A stretch of 64,000 nucleotides of DNA from Candidatus Aminicenantales bacterium. Lineage in GTDB: Bacteria > Acidobacteriota > Aminicenantia > Aminicenantales > Saccharicenantaceae. The stretch is from positions 158,283 through 222,282 of the forward strand of contig JBEKVN010000001.1 of the NCBI GenBank assembly GCA_049513915.1. The letters are read 5' to 3'. The notes under the pieces were generated by a model that was not told the DNA's origin, ran no database searches, and was given only the letters and a program-made list of their open reading frames with translations. Within the stretch, counting starts at the first letter, position 1. Each line of letters starts with the position of its first letter. Position numbers and translations under genes: made by a program. Below are positions 1 to 10,385 of this stretch, one piece after another.

Positions 1-832
1 ACAGCAACAAGAGACGACCGCCGGCGTTATGAGTCTCACACGCTTTTTGGTAGAGCACCTGTTTAAGTGCCCTCTGAACTAGTCCCATCGGGGCACTCAA
101 AATGCGAACTCCAAATGCATATGCCCCGGCTATGGCAATTCCGAAAAAATGAGTTAGCAGGAATATCGGCAATCCTAGTGACAATGTGTTGATGAGATTA
201 GTGGACGCGGAATACACCGGAAAATCGTGATATTCTTTCGCCAATTGCCAAATACGTTTCCATCGAATTTTATCTCGTAATAGCCGGAGGTCTCTTGACA
301 CTACTCTCGCAAGATTCGCGCTGGCCAACGTATCTCCTAAAACCGCCGCGAAGACAAGCGCCGATGAGCCTCCTTTCAGATAACCCAGACCAAGCTGTGT
401 GCCATTAGTCGATATGCTGCGAATGACCTGTGAAGCTGAGGTATGTTTAAAGGATTTAACGCGGACACACCAGGCCTGACAGGCTTGATTGAGGCCGTCT
501 CCCAAAATAGCTAAAATCAGCAAGATCAGGATCCAGCTTTTGGGCGCCTTTATGAGACGCTGAACGTAACCCGGGGCAAGAAGGCAAATAACGAGGCAGA
601 TGGCGCTTATTATGGCGGTGGATATGCAAGAAAGCGCAAAAAGGTTAATGGCGTCATCTTTGTTCTTAGGCAGCATGATCGCCAAGCTATAATCCAAAGT
701 TAATCCAGCCGCGATGATACTTACGACGGCATAAAATGACCCAAACACGCCGAAGTCCGAGGGGGAATAAAGACGACTGATGAGAGGAGAAAGAGCAAAG
801 CCAAGGATCTGGGCCAAGGCCGTGCCAGACAT
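1..832 (-). CDS. Polysaccharide biosynthesis protein, Wzx-like flippase (PST/MOP family); N-terminus at 832, 3' end runs off window start
   Basis: Reverse-strand translation from ATG at 830-832 gives MSGTALAQILGFALSPLISRLYSPSDFGVFG... followed by multiple hydrophobic helices. This N-terminal pattern is typical of O-unit flippases. The ORF is not in the supplied track because it is open to the window edge. Confidence 0.55.
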   Translation of the reverse strand, partial: MSGTALAQILGFALSPLISRLYSPSDFGVFGSFYAVVSIIAAGLTLDYSLAIMLPKNKDDAINLFALSCISTAIISAICLVICLLAPGYVQRLIKAPKSWILILLILAILGDGLNQACQAWCVRVKSFKHTSASQVIRSISTNGTQLGLGYLKGGSSALVFAAVLGDTLASANLARVVSRDLRLLRDKIRWKRIWQLAKEYHDFPVYSASTNLINTLSLGLPIFLLTHFFGIAIAGAYAFGVRILSAPMGLVQRALKQVLYQKACETHNAGGRLLLL

Positions 833-1103
833 CACAATAAATAGGTTCTTAACGAAAGATGAGCCCCATATTTTGGAGGAGATTGAACGCAGATTACTCT
901 GAGAACTTCTGAAGCTCGATATCACTGTCACTGTTGGAATTCAACTCCAGACATGGGCAGCAACGTACTCAAATGATAGCCTCCACTTTCCAAATACTGC
1001 ACTGACCTACCCGCGCTCAATGTACCGCCTCTGAAGTGAGATTTTCAACATTTGGACCGATCCCCGTCGACGCGGCTTATCCCCACCGATTTCGGCTTCT
1101 CCT

Positions 1104-2234
1104 TCATTCCGGCGATGGTTCATCTTTTCTCCAAACCTCCCTCTCCGGGGAAAATGGGGCCTGCGTGCCTATCTGCGTGAATATCGCATCCATAATCCGG
1201 GACGTAAGCAGGATCTCGCGGTACGCAATGGGCACGGGCGCGCCGTCCGTGATCGAGCGATAGAATTCCTCGATCAGGTGCTTCTTGCCCGAATTCATGT
1301 GGAAGTCCCTCGCGAGGAATAATCGCGCATTGCGGAAGAAGCTCCCAACGTATTGCTTCGCAAACCCCGCCTGGGGCAGGAATTTCTCGGCGTAGCTCTT
1401 GAATCTTTCTCCTCGAAGCTTGATTAGCCATTGCTGATCCTCATCGAACACCAGGCTATTCTCGGGCCCATAGACGCGGAATTCGTGCAGGGACGGGCGC
1501 ATTTGGGAGGAAAACGTGAAATAGGCCGTGGTGCCTCCCTCTCCTTGAAGGATGACCCTGAGCTCGTCAATGATCTCGTTTTCTCCCAGTTGTTTCAGGA
1601 ACGGACTCACAAATCCATGGGCAATGACTTGAGGAGATTCGCCCGGGAGATACTCGGCGATCTTCGCGATCCCGTGGCTGATCGTATTATGCAGCAATCC
1701 GCCGGGCAAAGTGCGCGCCCAGTGCTGCTTATCTCCCAACAGGGCTTTCGTATAGGCGCTGTCCCCGAATTCGTAACACCAGGTACTCTCGATATGAACG
1801 GGGGTGCCGCCCAGGTACCCATCGCGGATCAGCTTGCGCATCCGCCTCGCTACCGCGCTGAACTGCTCATCGGTGCCCACGGTGAGCCTGAGGCCCGTCC
1901 GATCGGCCAGCGAGATGAGCTTCTCAGTCTCGACGGCATCTATGGCAAAGGGCTTTTCGACGTAAATATGACACCCGGCTTCCAAGCATTGTCTGCCGAT
2001 CTCATAATGACTTTGTGGCGGCGTTGTGATGTGGACGACATCCGGCTGGCCTTCTCTCAATAGGGGGTCGAGATGGCCATAAAATCGCTTGACGCGGAAT
2101 CTCTCGGCCAGCTGCTTGGCCATGAGTTCTTCCCGGTCGCAGGTGCCGATGATCTCGCAACCAGGAATCCTCTGGATTTGAGAGGCATGCGAATCGGCGA
2201 TCTTCCCGCATCCGACGATGGCGACCTTTAGCAT
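1104..2234 (-). CDS. Gfo/Idh/MocA-family NAD(P)-dependent oxidoreductase (sugar dehydrogenase)
   Basis: N-terminal Rossmann motif MLKVAIVGCGKIADSHA. Length and architecture are typical of the Gfo/Idh/MocA family, which includes the WbpB-like sugar-nucleotide oxidases. Confidence 0.75.
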   Translation of the reverse strand: MLKVAIVGCGKIADSHASQIQRIPGCEIIGTCDREELMAKQLAERFRVKRFYGHLDPLLREGQPDVVHITTPPQSHYEIGRQCLEAGCHIYVEKPFAIDAVETEKLISLADRTGLRLTVGTDEQFSAVARRMRKLIRDGYLGGTPVHIESTWCYEFGDSAYTKALLGDKQHWARTLPGGLLHNTISHGIAKIAEYLPGESPQVIAHGFVSPFLKQLGENEIIDELRVILQGEGGTTAYFTFSSQMRPSLHEFRVYGPENSLVFDEDQQWLIKLRGERFKSYAEKFLPQAGFAKQYVGSFFRNARLFLARDFHMNSGKKHLIEEFYRSITDGAPVPIAYREILLTSRIMDAIFTQIGTQAPFSPEREVWRKDEPSPE

Positions 2235-2283
2235 GATCGATCCTTTCCGCGCAAAACGCTAAGCCCGAACGCTAGCCAGATTT

Positions 2284-3339
2284 CTAGTGCGACCGAGATT
2301 CCCGACAGCTCTCAAAATAACTTCGCAGGCCTTCCGACGTCGTCACGCCGGGCTTCCAACCCACCATGTCCTTGATCTTGCGGTTGCTGTAATACGTTTT
2401 CTTCCAGGTCGCCGCCCATTCCCGGCGCGTGTAGACCGGCGGCAGCTGCCCGTGCGACCATTCCGAGTATTTTTCCCACAGGTAGCAAAAAAGGTAGCTG
2501 AAGGCGTGGGGGACGTAGATGGATTTGAACGATTTCACGTTTTTCTTGTAGAGACGCAAATAGCGCCTGGATGATGGCAGGTCGTCGTCGACGACGTTAA
2601 AGACCTCGCCTTCGATTCCGGCCTTGAGTCCGGCGAGGACGATGGCGTCGGCACAATTATCCAAATGCGTGAACGGAATAGGGTTTGCCCCCCCGAAGTG
2701 AAGATAGAGGCCAAACGAGTCGATCCCCACTCTCCCGGGAATGAAGTCCTTTCCCGGGCCATAGACACTGCCCGGCCGCACGATCACGTACGGAATGGCG
2801 TGCTTCCGCCCATACTCGATGACGAGCTCATCCTGCTTCACTTTGCCATAGCAGTAAGCCTCGGCGCGCGATTCAGGGTGCTCCTCCACCGGGCACGTTT
2901 CATCCAGGAGTCTCCATTGTGGCTTCTTCCGGTTCGTGTATACAGCGAACGAGCTGATGTTCACGAAACGCCGCAGGCACATATTTTCGAAGGCCGCATC
3001 CAGGAGGTTCCGCGTCGTGACCACGGAATTGAGGAAAGCGTCCGAAAACGCCTTCGTGCCGGATCCCGCCGCCAAGTGGTAAATTAGGGGTACGTCTTTA
3101 ACGAACTTTGTACAGTCCTCCCGGGATAAAAGCGTGCCGGTGACGATCTCGGTGCGGCCGAGCCCGTTATGGCGATCGATTTCCTTTTTTAATCTAGCTA
3201 GGTTGCTTGTGGACCTCGTCAAGCAGCGAATTCTACGAAAGCCCTTGTCGAGCAGACTGCCAACGACCCGCGGTCCGAGAAAACCCGCGGCCCCCGTGAC
3301 CAGGATAGGGTCATCGGATGTTGCTATTCCAAAGTCCAT
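2284..3339 (-). CDS. NAD-dependent epimerase/dehydratase (extended SDR) acting on a nucleotide sugar
   Basis: Motif ILVTGAAGFLG (GxxGxxG) close to the internal Met MDFG. The track ORF extends to 3396, but the start at 3339 places the Rossmann motif near the N-terminus. A catalytic YxxxK-like region (YCYGK) is present. Confidence 0.75.
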   Translation of the reverse strand: MDFGIATSDDPILVTGAAGFLGPRVVGSLLDKGFRRIRCLTRSTSNLARLKKEIDRHNGLGRTEIVTGTLLSREDCTKFVKDVPLIYHLAAGSGTKAFSDAFLNSVVTTRNLLDAAFENMCLRRFVNISSFAVYTNRKKPQWRLLDETCPVEEHPESRAEAYCYGKVKQDELVIEYGRKHAIPYVIVRPGSVYGPGKDFIPGRVGIDSFGLYLHFGGANPIPFTHLDNCADAIVLAGLKAGIEGEVFNVVDDDLPSSRRYLRLYKKNVKSFKSIYVPHAFSYLFCYLWEKYSEWSHGQLPPVYTRREWAATWKKTYYSNRKIKDMVGWKPGVTTSEGLRSYFESCRESRSH

Positions 3340-3823
3340 TGTCACATCTAGTCTCCAAAAGAGGCTTATTATACCCATTTCCTCACCCCTCCTCAAGCCA
3401 GTGCAGTGCTCAGCATGCCGTGGTCGCTAGACCTATGCGACATTAGGAGGGGTTCTTGCCAGAATGCCAATCAGCGAATCGGATATATTGCTTCCAATCA
3501 TATCGGATTACCGATCATCTGAAGCTGCGGTTTGAGACGGAAAAGCCTCCGCCGTTCCATTTTTTCGAGCAGGTTGCGCTTGCGGCGGCCGAGGAGAACG
3601 TGGACTATTTTTGACCATCTCAGTATTATGGGATGGGTAAGTCTGTCGCCTTTCTGCAGGCGTGGGGGGTTCTTCGTATCTATTGACACCGCCATGCGGC
3701 CAGCCATACACTTCCGGGATGGATAGGCGGGGAGATTCATCGTCAGGAGCTGGAATCAAGCTGATGAAAGGATAGTTTATTCTTACATCAGCCAGAATAT
3801 AGGCCATAAAGCTTATTAAGGGA

Positions 3824-4738
3824 GTGTCTGTGAATCCCATAAATGGGCTATTTAGAATATTATATTGGCCAGTATGCCGGGCGTATTCACGTCATTTAGG
3901 AGACAGACCGGCCGACGCTTTGCTTCGCTTCTTGTGCAGTACCTACTACTTGAGGGTTTATCGCCTTTGGCCTAATTTTGTGCAGCCACGCCGCTTTACC
4001 GAGAAGGTGTGGAGCCGCATGCTTCACGAGCGAGACCCCCTGTTCACATTGATCTCGGATAAGTTTCGGGTGCGGGACTATGTAGCCGAGAAGGTAGGCG
4101 GGGGGTACTTGATTGCACTGCTTTGGAGCGGAGAAAAGCCTGAAGAAATTCCCTTCGATAGATTACCAGACAAATTTGTAATGAAAACGAACCATGGGTG
4201 TGAATATAACATTATTGTTCAAGATAAAACACGACTGGACAAAAAGAAAGTAATTCTGCAGTTGAACAAATGGCTGGGCGAGAATTTTGGTAATGACACG
4301 TTTCTTGGTATAGCGTGGGCCTATAGGAATATCAAACCGCATATCATTATAGAAACTTTCCTGGAAGAGAATGGTCAGGCTCCAGTGGATTACAAGTTTT
4401 TTTGTTTTTCGGGTCGCGTGGAATTCTTTAAGATGGACTTTGATCGATTTAAGGGTCACTCGGAAACGTTTTTTGATAGAGATTTCAAAAGACTGGATCT
4501 TTTTGAGCCGGGGTTCAAACGGTATCAAGGAAAAGTTGAGTTGCCAAGAAATATTAACAATATGTTGCGTCTCGCGGAATCTTTGGCGGCGGGATTTGAT
4601 TTCATCAGAGTGGATCTTTACAGTATTGAGGATAAGATATACTTTAGTGAATTAACGCCCTATCCTGGCGGAGTATTCCATAAATTCGAGCCTGATTATT
4701 ATGATCATGTATTTGGTGAAAAGTGGAAGTGGAAATAA
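3824..4738 (+). CDS. TupA-like ATP-grasp protein (teichuronopeptide-type amino acid ligase family)
   Basis: Signature DYKFFCFSGRVEF is typical of ATPgrasp_TupA proteins found in polysaccharide loci. GTG start, preceded by AAGGGAG. Confidence 0.65.
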   Translation: MSVNPINGLFRILYWPVCRAYSRHLGDRPADALLRFLCSTYYLRVYRLWPNFVQPRRFTEKVWSRMLHERDPLFTLISDKFRVRDYVAEKVGGGYLIALLWSGEKPEEIPFDRLPDKFVMKTNHGCEYNIIVQDKTRLDKKKVILQLNKWLGENFGNDTFLGIAWAYRNIKPHIIIETFLEENGQAPVDYKFFCFSGRVEFFKMDFDRFKGHSETFFDRDFKRLDLFEPGFKRYQGKVELPRNINNMLRLAESLAAGFDFIRVDLYSIEDKIYFSELTPYPGGVFHKFEPDYYDHVFGEKWKWK

Positions 4739-4776
4739 AAGACAATCGCGCCTCCTGCCCCATTCGTGAGGGCAGG

Positions 4777-5685
4777 TCAGTTACGCTTTTTGGCCAAATC
4801 AAATCCCAGCATGGTTAATAACCAGCTCAGATGGTATGCACACTTCTCTAAATATTTGATCAGTGTATGACTCCCGATAAAGAAGCAAAATGGTAGTAAG
4901 AATGTATAAATCAATAATGCAGTTATGGCCTTAATCGGCACCAATACCTTGGATAATCCATGCAGCAGTGGCGCTCTATATTTTCGTTCGTTTGAGGCTT
5001 GCAGCAATGCACGCCTCAGATAATAACTTTTGGTCTGGCGCTCAGGAGGCACAACTTCGTAAACCGGTGCTTCTTCAACGGCAACAAAACGGTAGCCTAG
5101 TTGCATGGCCTCTCTGAAGAACTCTTTATCCGAACCGCTGGTTTTATACTCTATATCAAAACACAGTTGGTGTTCGCTAAAAACACGTTTTTTGAGAAGA
5201 ACATTTCCAGTACGGGTTTGGTCCCAGGACAGGAGTGTGCCTGTCCGGTGCACGGGTCGTTCACAGAGGTGGCTCTTAGCTAGCCATGAAGGCGGCGGTT
5301 GCTCGAAAAATGGAATGACAGGACCTAGTGCACCATCTACTCCAAATGTTTGGATTGCTTTATACATTGTCTTTAACCAATACGGCGGCGCGAATTCATC
5401 ATCGTCAATAATGCCGATGTAATTGCCTTTTGCCAATTGAAGGGCATGGTTTCTGGCTGCTGCAATCATTTGAACCGACTCGATCCCGTAGGTCAGATCC
5501 AAACCTAGTTCATCCTTTAATTGTGTTACTGTTTCTCTAGCAGGGCCTGCAGCGTCATTATCCGCAACAACCACTGAAAAATCAAAAAGATCGTCTGCTT
5601 CCTGCAGCGCCAATTTTCTCAAGAGACGCTCGAGCATCTGATTGCGGCGGAAAGTACAAATGCAAACCGAAATGTGGTCTTTCAT
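4777..5685 (-). CDS. Glycosyltransferase family 2
   Basis: ISVCICTFRRNQML plus VVVADNDAAG (DxD region) are GT-A fold hallmarks. Start chosen at the internal Met MKDH (5685). Confidence 0.75.
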   Translation of the reverse strand: MKDHISVCICTFRRNQMLERLLRKLALQEADDLFDFSVVVADNDAAGPARETVTQLKDELGLDLTYGIESVQMIAAARNHALQLAKGNYIGIIDDDEFAPPYWLKTMYKAIQTFGVDGALGPVIPFFEQPPPSWLAKSHLCERPVHRTGTLLSWDQTRTGNVLLKKRVFSEHQLCFDIEYKTSGSDKEFFREAMQLGYRFVAVEEAPVYEVVPPERQTKSYYLRRALLQASNERKYRAPLLHGLSKVLVPIKAITALLIYTFLLPFCFFIGSHTLIKYLEKCAYHLSWLLTMLGFDLAKKRN

Positions 5686-5718
5686 GAAAAATCCTTTTTT
5701 CGGCTCCAATATCGCAAT

Positions 5719-6822
5719 CTATTTAAATATCCCTATTTTCTTAATAGCCCTCTTAATTGATGGAAATATCCTATCGGCAGCACGAGCTAGTTTGGCTGTT
5801 CGTTCATTCGCATAACTATCGAATCTTCCAAGATACTTAACGTCCTGGCCGTTTTTTCCTGAAAGACCCACCTTGAAATGGTAGCCGCCTGGGTTTTCTA
5901 TAGGGTTGATGCCGTTGAGATTGTAATAACGGCATTCGTTATTCTTCATCCACTGGATGGCTTTCCATTGAAGCAGGTATGAGCCTTTATTGGTCATGCC
6001 TTCATCGTTTGTTGCGCCAAATAAATAAATGCCCGTATCTCCAACGAGTGAGCAAATAACCCCGGCCGAACTCACGCCGTCGGAATGGCAGAGAAAGATC
6101 CGCATCTTATATTCGGGCGGGAGATCTCTCTGGATCATTCTGAACTCGTTTATGTCGTTGGGCTCCGGGAATTTCTTTCTATCCAGCAAAGCCCGATAAA
6201 GTCCGATAAAGTCGGCAAAAAAACTGTCGTCTGCGCCTTCGATCACTTCCAGATTGTTGCGCTCTGACTTGTTCAGGCAATTTCGCCATTTTTGATCAAG
6301 TTTCTTTCGCACTTCATCTAATGGTTGGCTGATGTCCATGATAATTGTGCGGCCACGATTTTCTCGGGGAACGGGTGTGTACCCTTCTATTGATAAGATG
6401 TCGGTGTATATCTGAGAATTATCATCATACAAAATAGGGAAGATCCGCAGTATCAAGCCGCGCCGACAGACATATTCGTTTCTCAGCGAGCGGAGTGCCT
6501 GTTGAAAGATAGCTGGATCCGGGATTTGGTTCCGGGGCTGCCAGACGGGCGCCCATCTAATATATGCCGCACCTTGCCCTAGAAGCGGGATGCTCACGAG
6601 GCGTGCTTGTGCCGCTGCGACGGTTTTGTCGCCTGATCGCAAAACCATATGGGTGATATTATTTTCACCACAACGAACGGCGTCGTATGACCAGGTTTGA
6701 TAAATATTCGCATCAGAAAGTTGATTAAGAATTATGTGCCATTCCTGTTTGTTGATGGTGTCGAATTGCGCAATGTATCCATGATCAAGAGGTTTTGGTT
6801 TAGCGCCCATGGATATTGTCAA
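5719..6822 (-). CDS. FemAB-family / BioF2-like GNAT-fold aminoacyl- or acyl-transferase (paralog 1)
   Basis: The C-terminal region SYLLQWKAIQWMKNNECRYYNLNGI resembles the FemAB (peptidoglycan bridge-formation) family. A PEP-CTERM-associated FemAB subfamily exists. Confidence 0.55.
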   Translation of the reverse strand: MTISMGAKPKPLDHGYIAQFDTINKQEWHIILNQLSDANIYQTWSYDAVRCGENNITHMVLRSGDKTVAAAQARLVSIPLLGQGAAYIRWAPVWQPRNQIPDPAIFQQALRSLRNEYVCRRGLILRIFPILYDDNSQIYTDILSIEGYTPVPRENRGRTIIMDISQPLDEVRKKLDQKWRNCLNKSERNNLEVIEGADDSFFADFIGLYRALLDRKKFPEPNDINEFRMIQRDLPPEYKMRIFLCHSDGVSSAGVICSLVGDTGIYLFGATNDEGMTNKGSYLLQWKAIQWMKNNECRYYNLNGINPIENPGGYHFKVGLSGKNGQDVKYLGRFDSYANERTAKLARAADRIFPSIKRAIKKIGIFK

Positions 6823-7578
6823 CTAACTCCGATAGATTATTTCATTAAAATTGCCTACGTGAGCCGATTCCATTAGACTCAAATATTGGTCGCCGAGCAA
6901 ATATCCGATTTCATCGGCATTTTCCGGATGTACCTCAATTTCAACATTACTGCTGACGGCTCGATTGAAGATATTCCGGAGGCGTTCATGATTTTGCAGA
7001 GGCAAGATGCTGAAAAAGCAATCGGTTGAAATATATCTTCGGGCGATAATATTATCCAGGAGACGTCGATAGAAGAGATTGAATAAGTTTACTTCGCCCT
7101 TATCTAAGGTAAATGTCCTGCGCGCTCGCGCGCCTTTCGGAAGTATCTTGCCCATCAGCATATTCGCACAGAGATGCATGTGATGATGACCGTTGTAAAA
7201 GTCGGGCGCCTTGCCATACAGACGCATAAACTCTTCCAACTGCGCTTTAAACAAAAAGTCAAATGAATCGGCAAGCAAAGGGTTGTAGATGATTTGTGCT
7301 AGCTTGCTTTTCGAAAGATAGGATATCACCCTGCTGTGGCGATCACGAATATTCGAGGATATCTTGTCAACGCTAAACGGCATCGTAAAATTGATGTGCA
7401 ATCCCACTTCCATGCCGGCCTGCAAGGCCAGCGGGGCAGCACGTTTCGAATCCTCCATAAAAACCATTACACTTGCCGACGTAATGCTCTTGTTTGAAAA
7501 GCATTTAAGAATGCTGTCCGTGGCATGGCGGGTTTTGCCATAATCATCGGCTGTGATAATAATCATTGTCCTCGGCAA
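6823..7578 (-). CDS. ChbG/YdjC-family carbohydrate deacetylase
   Basis: N-terminal IIITADDYG matches the YdjC ITADDFG signature. Confidence 0.7.
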   Translation of the reverse strand: MPRTMIIITADDYGKTRHATDSILKCFSNKSITSASVMVFMEDSKRAAPLALQAGMEVGLHINFTMPFSVDKISSNIRDRHSRVISYLSKSKLAQIIYNPLLADSFDFLFKAQLEEFMRLYGKAPDFYNGHHHMHLCANMLMGKILPKGARARRTFTLDKGEVNLFNLFYRRLLDNIIARRYISTDCFFSILPLQNHERLRNIFNRAVSSNVEIEVHPENADEIGYLLGDQYLSLMESAHVGNFNEIIYRS

Positions 7579-8737
7579 TTGACTTAACGCATTGAGCGAT
7601 ATAGTCCATATGATGCAAATCTAAACCTTGATGAACAGGCAACGTCAAGAGATCATTTTTTAGATGGCGTGCTTCCGGAAATTCCCTCCAGTCAAAGCCC
7701 CGATGGTAAGAAGGCCAGCCGCCGACTAGTATGCCCTTAGATTCTAGTGCGTTACTCCAGAAGGTTCTGTCAGCAACAAAATAGGGAAAAGATAGGGGGC
7801 AAACACTATCAGGTAAATCATCAAACAGTATTTGTACAGACGGTATGTCACAGAGGGCTTTGTGTAAACGCTGGTAATTGCGCCGGCGCACCTCAACTAT
7901 TTCGTGAGGATTTGTTTTGCATATGATTCCCTTTGATAATCGTGATATGGCCCATCCAATCTTTCGTCCATCAAAATAGTTGCTCTTAGGCATTTCGCGT
8001 TCAACTTCAATATCTTGATTAACGGGGCCTTTTAACCAGCTCTTAGTAAGCAATTGGCGCGTGATGTCGTAACGCTGCCAGAATTGATTGGTATTCATAA
8101 ACCACTTTTTTAAAAGAGGTAAGCTATTGAGGATTATATTACGGGATTGCGGCTGCCTGAGGGGTTTCGTATCATTCAAAACAGTTCTGGTTTTAAAAAT
8201 TAAAGCACCGCCGTCCGGCACCGGCAAAGATTTTACAAAACTGTAGATTGCGGCATCTCCGATACGGCCAATTGTATTATGTGGGCTACGGCTGAAAAGA
8301 CATAATGCACAATCTTCCACCAGGAAAAGTCCTTTTTCCTTACACCATTTGGCAAGATCGTCAATTTCCTGGGGCCAACCAAAAAAGTGTGAAACATAGA
8401 TTAGTTTTGTCGACGGTGTGGAACGTCTTATGATGTCCTGCATATCGATTCTTGCTCTGTTGTCGATTCTATAGAAAATGACTTTTGCGCCCGTCCAGAC
8501 AAACGGGTCAATTTCCGCCCCGCAATTGTAGGCGGGAACCAGGACTTCGTCACCCGCTCCGATATTCACCAGTTGACAGATCAGATTAACGGCGTAACGT
8601 CCCTGATAGGTGTATATAACTTCAGCGTCTGAAAACCCGAAACCTTCAGGTAATGCTGACGGGGTAAAAAGCAATCCGGCAATAATTTGTGCCGGGCTTA
8701 ATCCCGGCCCATTACATGAGAGGAACTTAGCCGTCAT
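7544..8737 (-). CDS. DegT/DnrJ/EryC1/StrS-family PLP-dependent aminotransferase (sugar aminotransferase)
   Basis: GDEVLVPAYNCGAEIDPFVWTGAKVIFYRID is typical of the DegT fold. The track ORF (to 9106) carries a 123-aa Arg/Ser-rich N-extension that overlaps the upstream gene. ATG at 8735-8737 (MTAKF) leaves a 128-nt gap instead. Confidence 0.6.
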   Translation of the reverse strand: MTAKFLSCNGPGLSPAQIIAGLLFTPSALPEGFGFSDAEVIYTYQGRYAVNLICQLVNIGAGDEVLVPAYNCGAEIDPFVWTGAKVIFYRIDNRARIDMQDIIRRSTPSTKLIYVSHFFGWPQEIDDLAKWCKEKGLFLVEDCALCLFSRSPHNTIGRIGDAAIYSFVKSLPVPDGGALIFKTRTVLNDTKPLRQPQSRNIILNSLPLLKKWFMNTNQFWQRYDITRQLLTKSWLKGPVNQDIEVEREMPKSNYFDGRKIGWAISRLSKGIICKTNPHEIVEVRRRNYQRLHKALCDIPSVQILFDDLPDSVCPLSFPYFVADRTFWSNALESKGILVGGWPSYHRGFDWREFPEARHLKNDLLTLPVHQGLDLHHMDYIAQCVKSIAEDNDYYHSR

Positions 8738-8864
8738 AATTCTGCCGCAATTATTCAAGACTGCCGATATTGCGTAGCGACTTGCTCGACTATTGCATCC
8801 ATTGTTCTGGCGGCCAACAGAATCGCGCGATGCGATATGGGAACAGGCGTCCCAGGCTTTGCAC

Positions 8865-10385
8865 TCAATTCGTGCGACCGCCGGCGCGAATAATGTTCGT
8901 GGAGGAAACCGTAATAAATAGGACGATTGCCGATAGATACCCCGTGAAAGAATTAATTGAAGACTCACCCATGTTGTGAACCACCGACATGATAATATAG
9001 CAGATCCAAAGGGCTCCCCAATCGAAGTCATGGGAAAGTTCCCGATAAGCCTTCCTGCAGGAGGATAAGAAAAAAGACGAGACCAGCAAAATGCCGACGA
9101 TGCCAAGCCCTAAGAGCACGTCCAGATACCCATTGTGGGCTCCGGAGATTTGGAATAAGTCCTGTCTTCTAGGGGTCCAGAAGACTCCGAAGCCTCTTCC
9201 TACGAAGGGGCTCTTCATCACTGTTGGTACGAGAGAGGTCCATACTTGCGTCCTACCCGTTAGTGTCGCGTCCCGTCCCGCGGCGGAAGCGAAGAACCCC
9301 AACCTCGACCCACCGGTGAATATGGAAACAATTCCGAAAACAATGATGACGGTCACGAGTGTCGTTAATATGCCTCCCGATACCTGTATCTTGTTTCTCT
9401 TCGCTAGATGGAATCCGCCGTAAACCAGAAGCCCCGCACAAAGTGCATAGACAGATGTTGCGGAATAGAAGATACTACCCTGGGGTCCTCCCAATAGCCA
9501 AAAAGCAAGAGCCAAGAGCATTATTTCCGCGTAAGTCTGATACTTCCATCCAACAGGATTATTGCCCTGCCACCTCCTGATAAGCGACCAGATTAGGAAG
9601 GTTGCGGAAATAATACATAAGCAAGCGAGGCTGTTCTTATGGTTAGCAGCTCCTATCCACATCTCATCACCTGACCAGCGGTTATACAAGCGCCCGTATT
9701 CAGGGAAATATTTGATGAGAATCGGCGAAAAGGGAATAAGAATGTAAGTCGTCCTTTTTAGAATACTCTCCATCGCATGGCGGGGCGAAGGCTCCGAGAG
9801 GACGACGAAGGCCATTAAAATTGCCAATAATTCTTTGCCCCACCGTTTAATAGAAAGCAAGGGAAGGTCCGACCAGAGGGTGCTGATAAGCATGAAAATG
9901 ACCAGCGCCATCAACCAAGCGTTCTCTCTCATGGCGGCAGACCAGTTGAAATCTCTCCGGATGAGGATGACAATGCCCACCAGAATGAAAGCCGCCTGGA
10001 ACGCAAGGTCCAAATCGCCTCCCTGCTCGGGGTCGGAGCTCCAAACTCGAAACCATGCTGCTAAAGGCTTGCTGGCAGTAACAAGTATCCAGATTGTGGG
10101 AATCCAAAGTGTTCTACTTACGTCAGCGCTTTGTTTACGTTCGAGTCGAAGAAGGAAAAGAACGAACGCAATGCAAAGAACTAATGCGAGCGTTGGCGGC
10201 AAATATGTCTCCTCTTCACTTTTCCTCCCGTCAATATACCACTCCCAAGCCGGGTTTTTCAATGAGCGAAAAGGAATTGACGCTGGACAGGGAATGACAT
10301 AATTTATCTGAAGAGATGAACCTCCATGAAAATCCTTTTCTAGGTGGCCAACGCAGTATGGAATACTTGAGAAAATGAGATTCAA
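8865..10385 (-). CDS. O-antigen ligase/polymerase-like membrane protein (Wzy_C domain)
   Basis: More than 10 predicted TM helices and a periplasmic-loop motif SGAHNGYLDVLLGLGIVG typical of the Wzy_C/O-antigen ligase family. The true start is probably internal or non-ATG, because the ORF 5' end overlaps the divergent MBOAT gene. Confidence 0.55.
   Translation of the reverse strand: MNLIFSSIPYCVGHLEKDFHGGSSLQINYVIPCPASIPFRSLKNPAWEWYIDGRKSEEETYLPPTLALVLCIAFVLFLLRLERKQSADVSRTLWIPTIWILVTASKPLAAWFRVWSSDPEQGGDLDLAFQAAFILVGIVILIRRDFNWSAAMRENAWLMALVIFMLISTLWSDLPLLSIKRWGKELLAILMAFVVLSEPSPRHAMESILKRTTYILIPFSPILIKYFPEYGRLYNRWSGDEMWIGAANHKNSLACLCIISATFLIWSLIRRWQGNNPVGWKYQTYAEIMLLALAFWLLGGPQGSIFYSATSVYALCAGLLVYGGFHLAKRNKIQVSGGILTTLVTVIIVFGIVSIFTGGSRLGFFASAAGRDATLTGRTQVWTSLVPTVMKSPFVGRGFGVFWTPRRQDLFQISGAHNGYLDVLLGLGIVGILLVSSFFLSSCRKAYRELSHDFDWGALWICYIIMSVVHNMGESSINSFTGYLSAIVLFITVSSTNIIRAGGRTN

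Noticed and set aside
6188-6210. Short tandem duplication ccgataaagt x2
   Set aside because: It lies inside the FemAB-like coding sequence. It is a single 10-bp duplication without higher-order periodicity, so it is not a CRISPR or VNTR-type repeat.
8738-9106. 123-aa N-terminal extension of the DegT-like ORF (track start 9106)
   Set aside because: It overlaps the 3' end of the Wzy-like gene and has a low-complexity S/R/C-rich sequence. The internal ATG at 8737 gives a normal-length aminotransferase.
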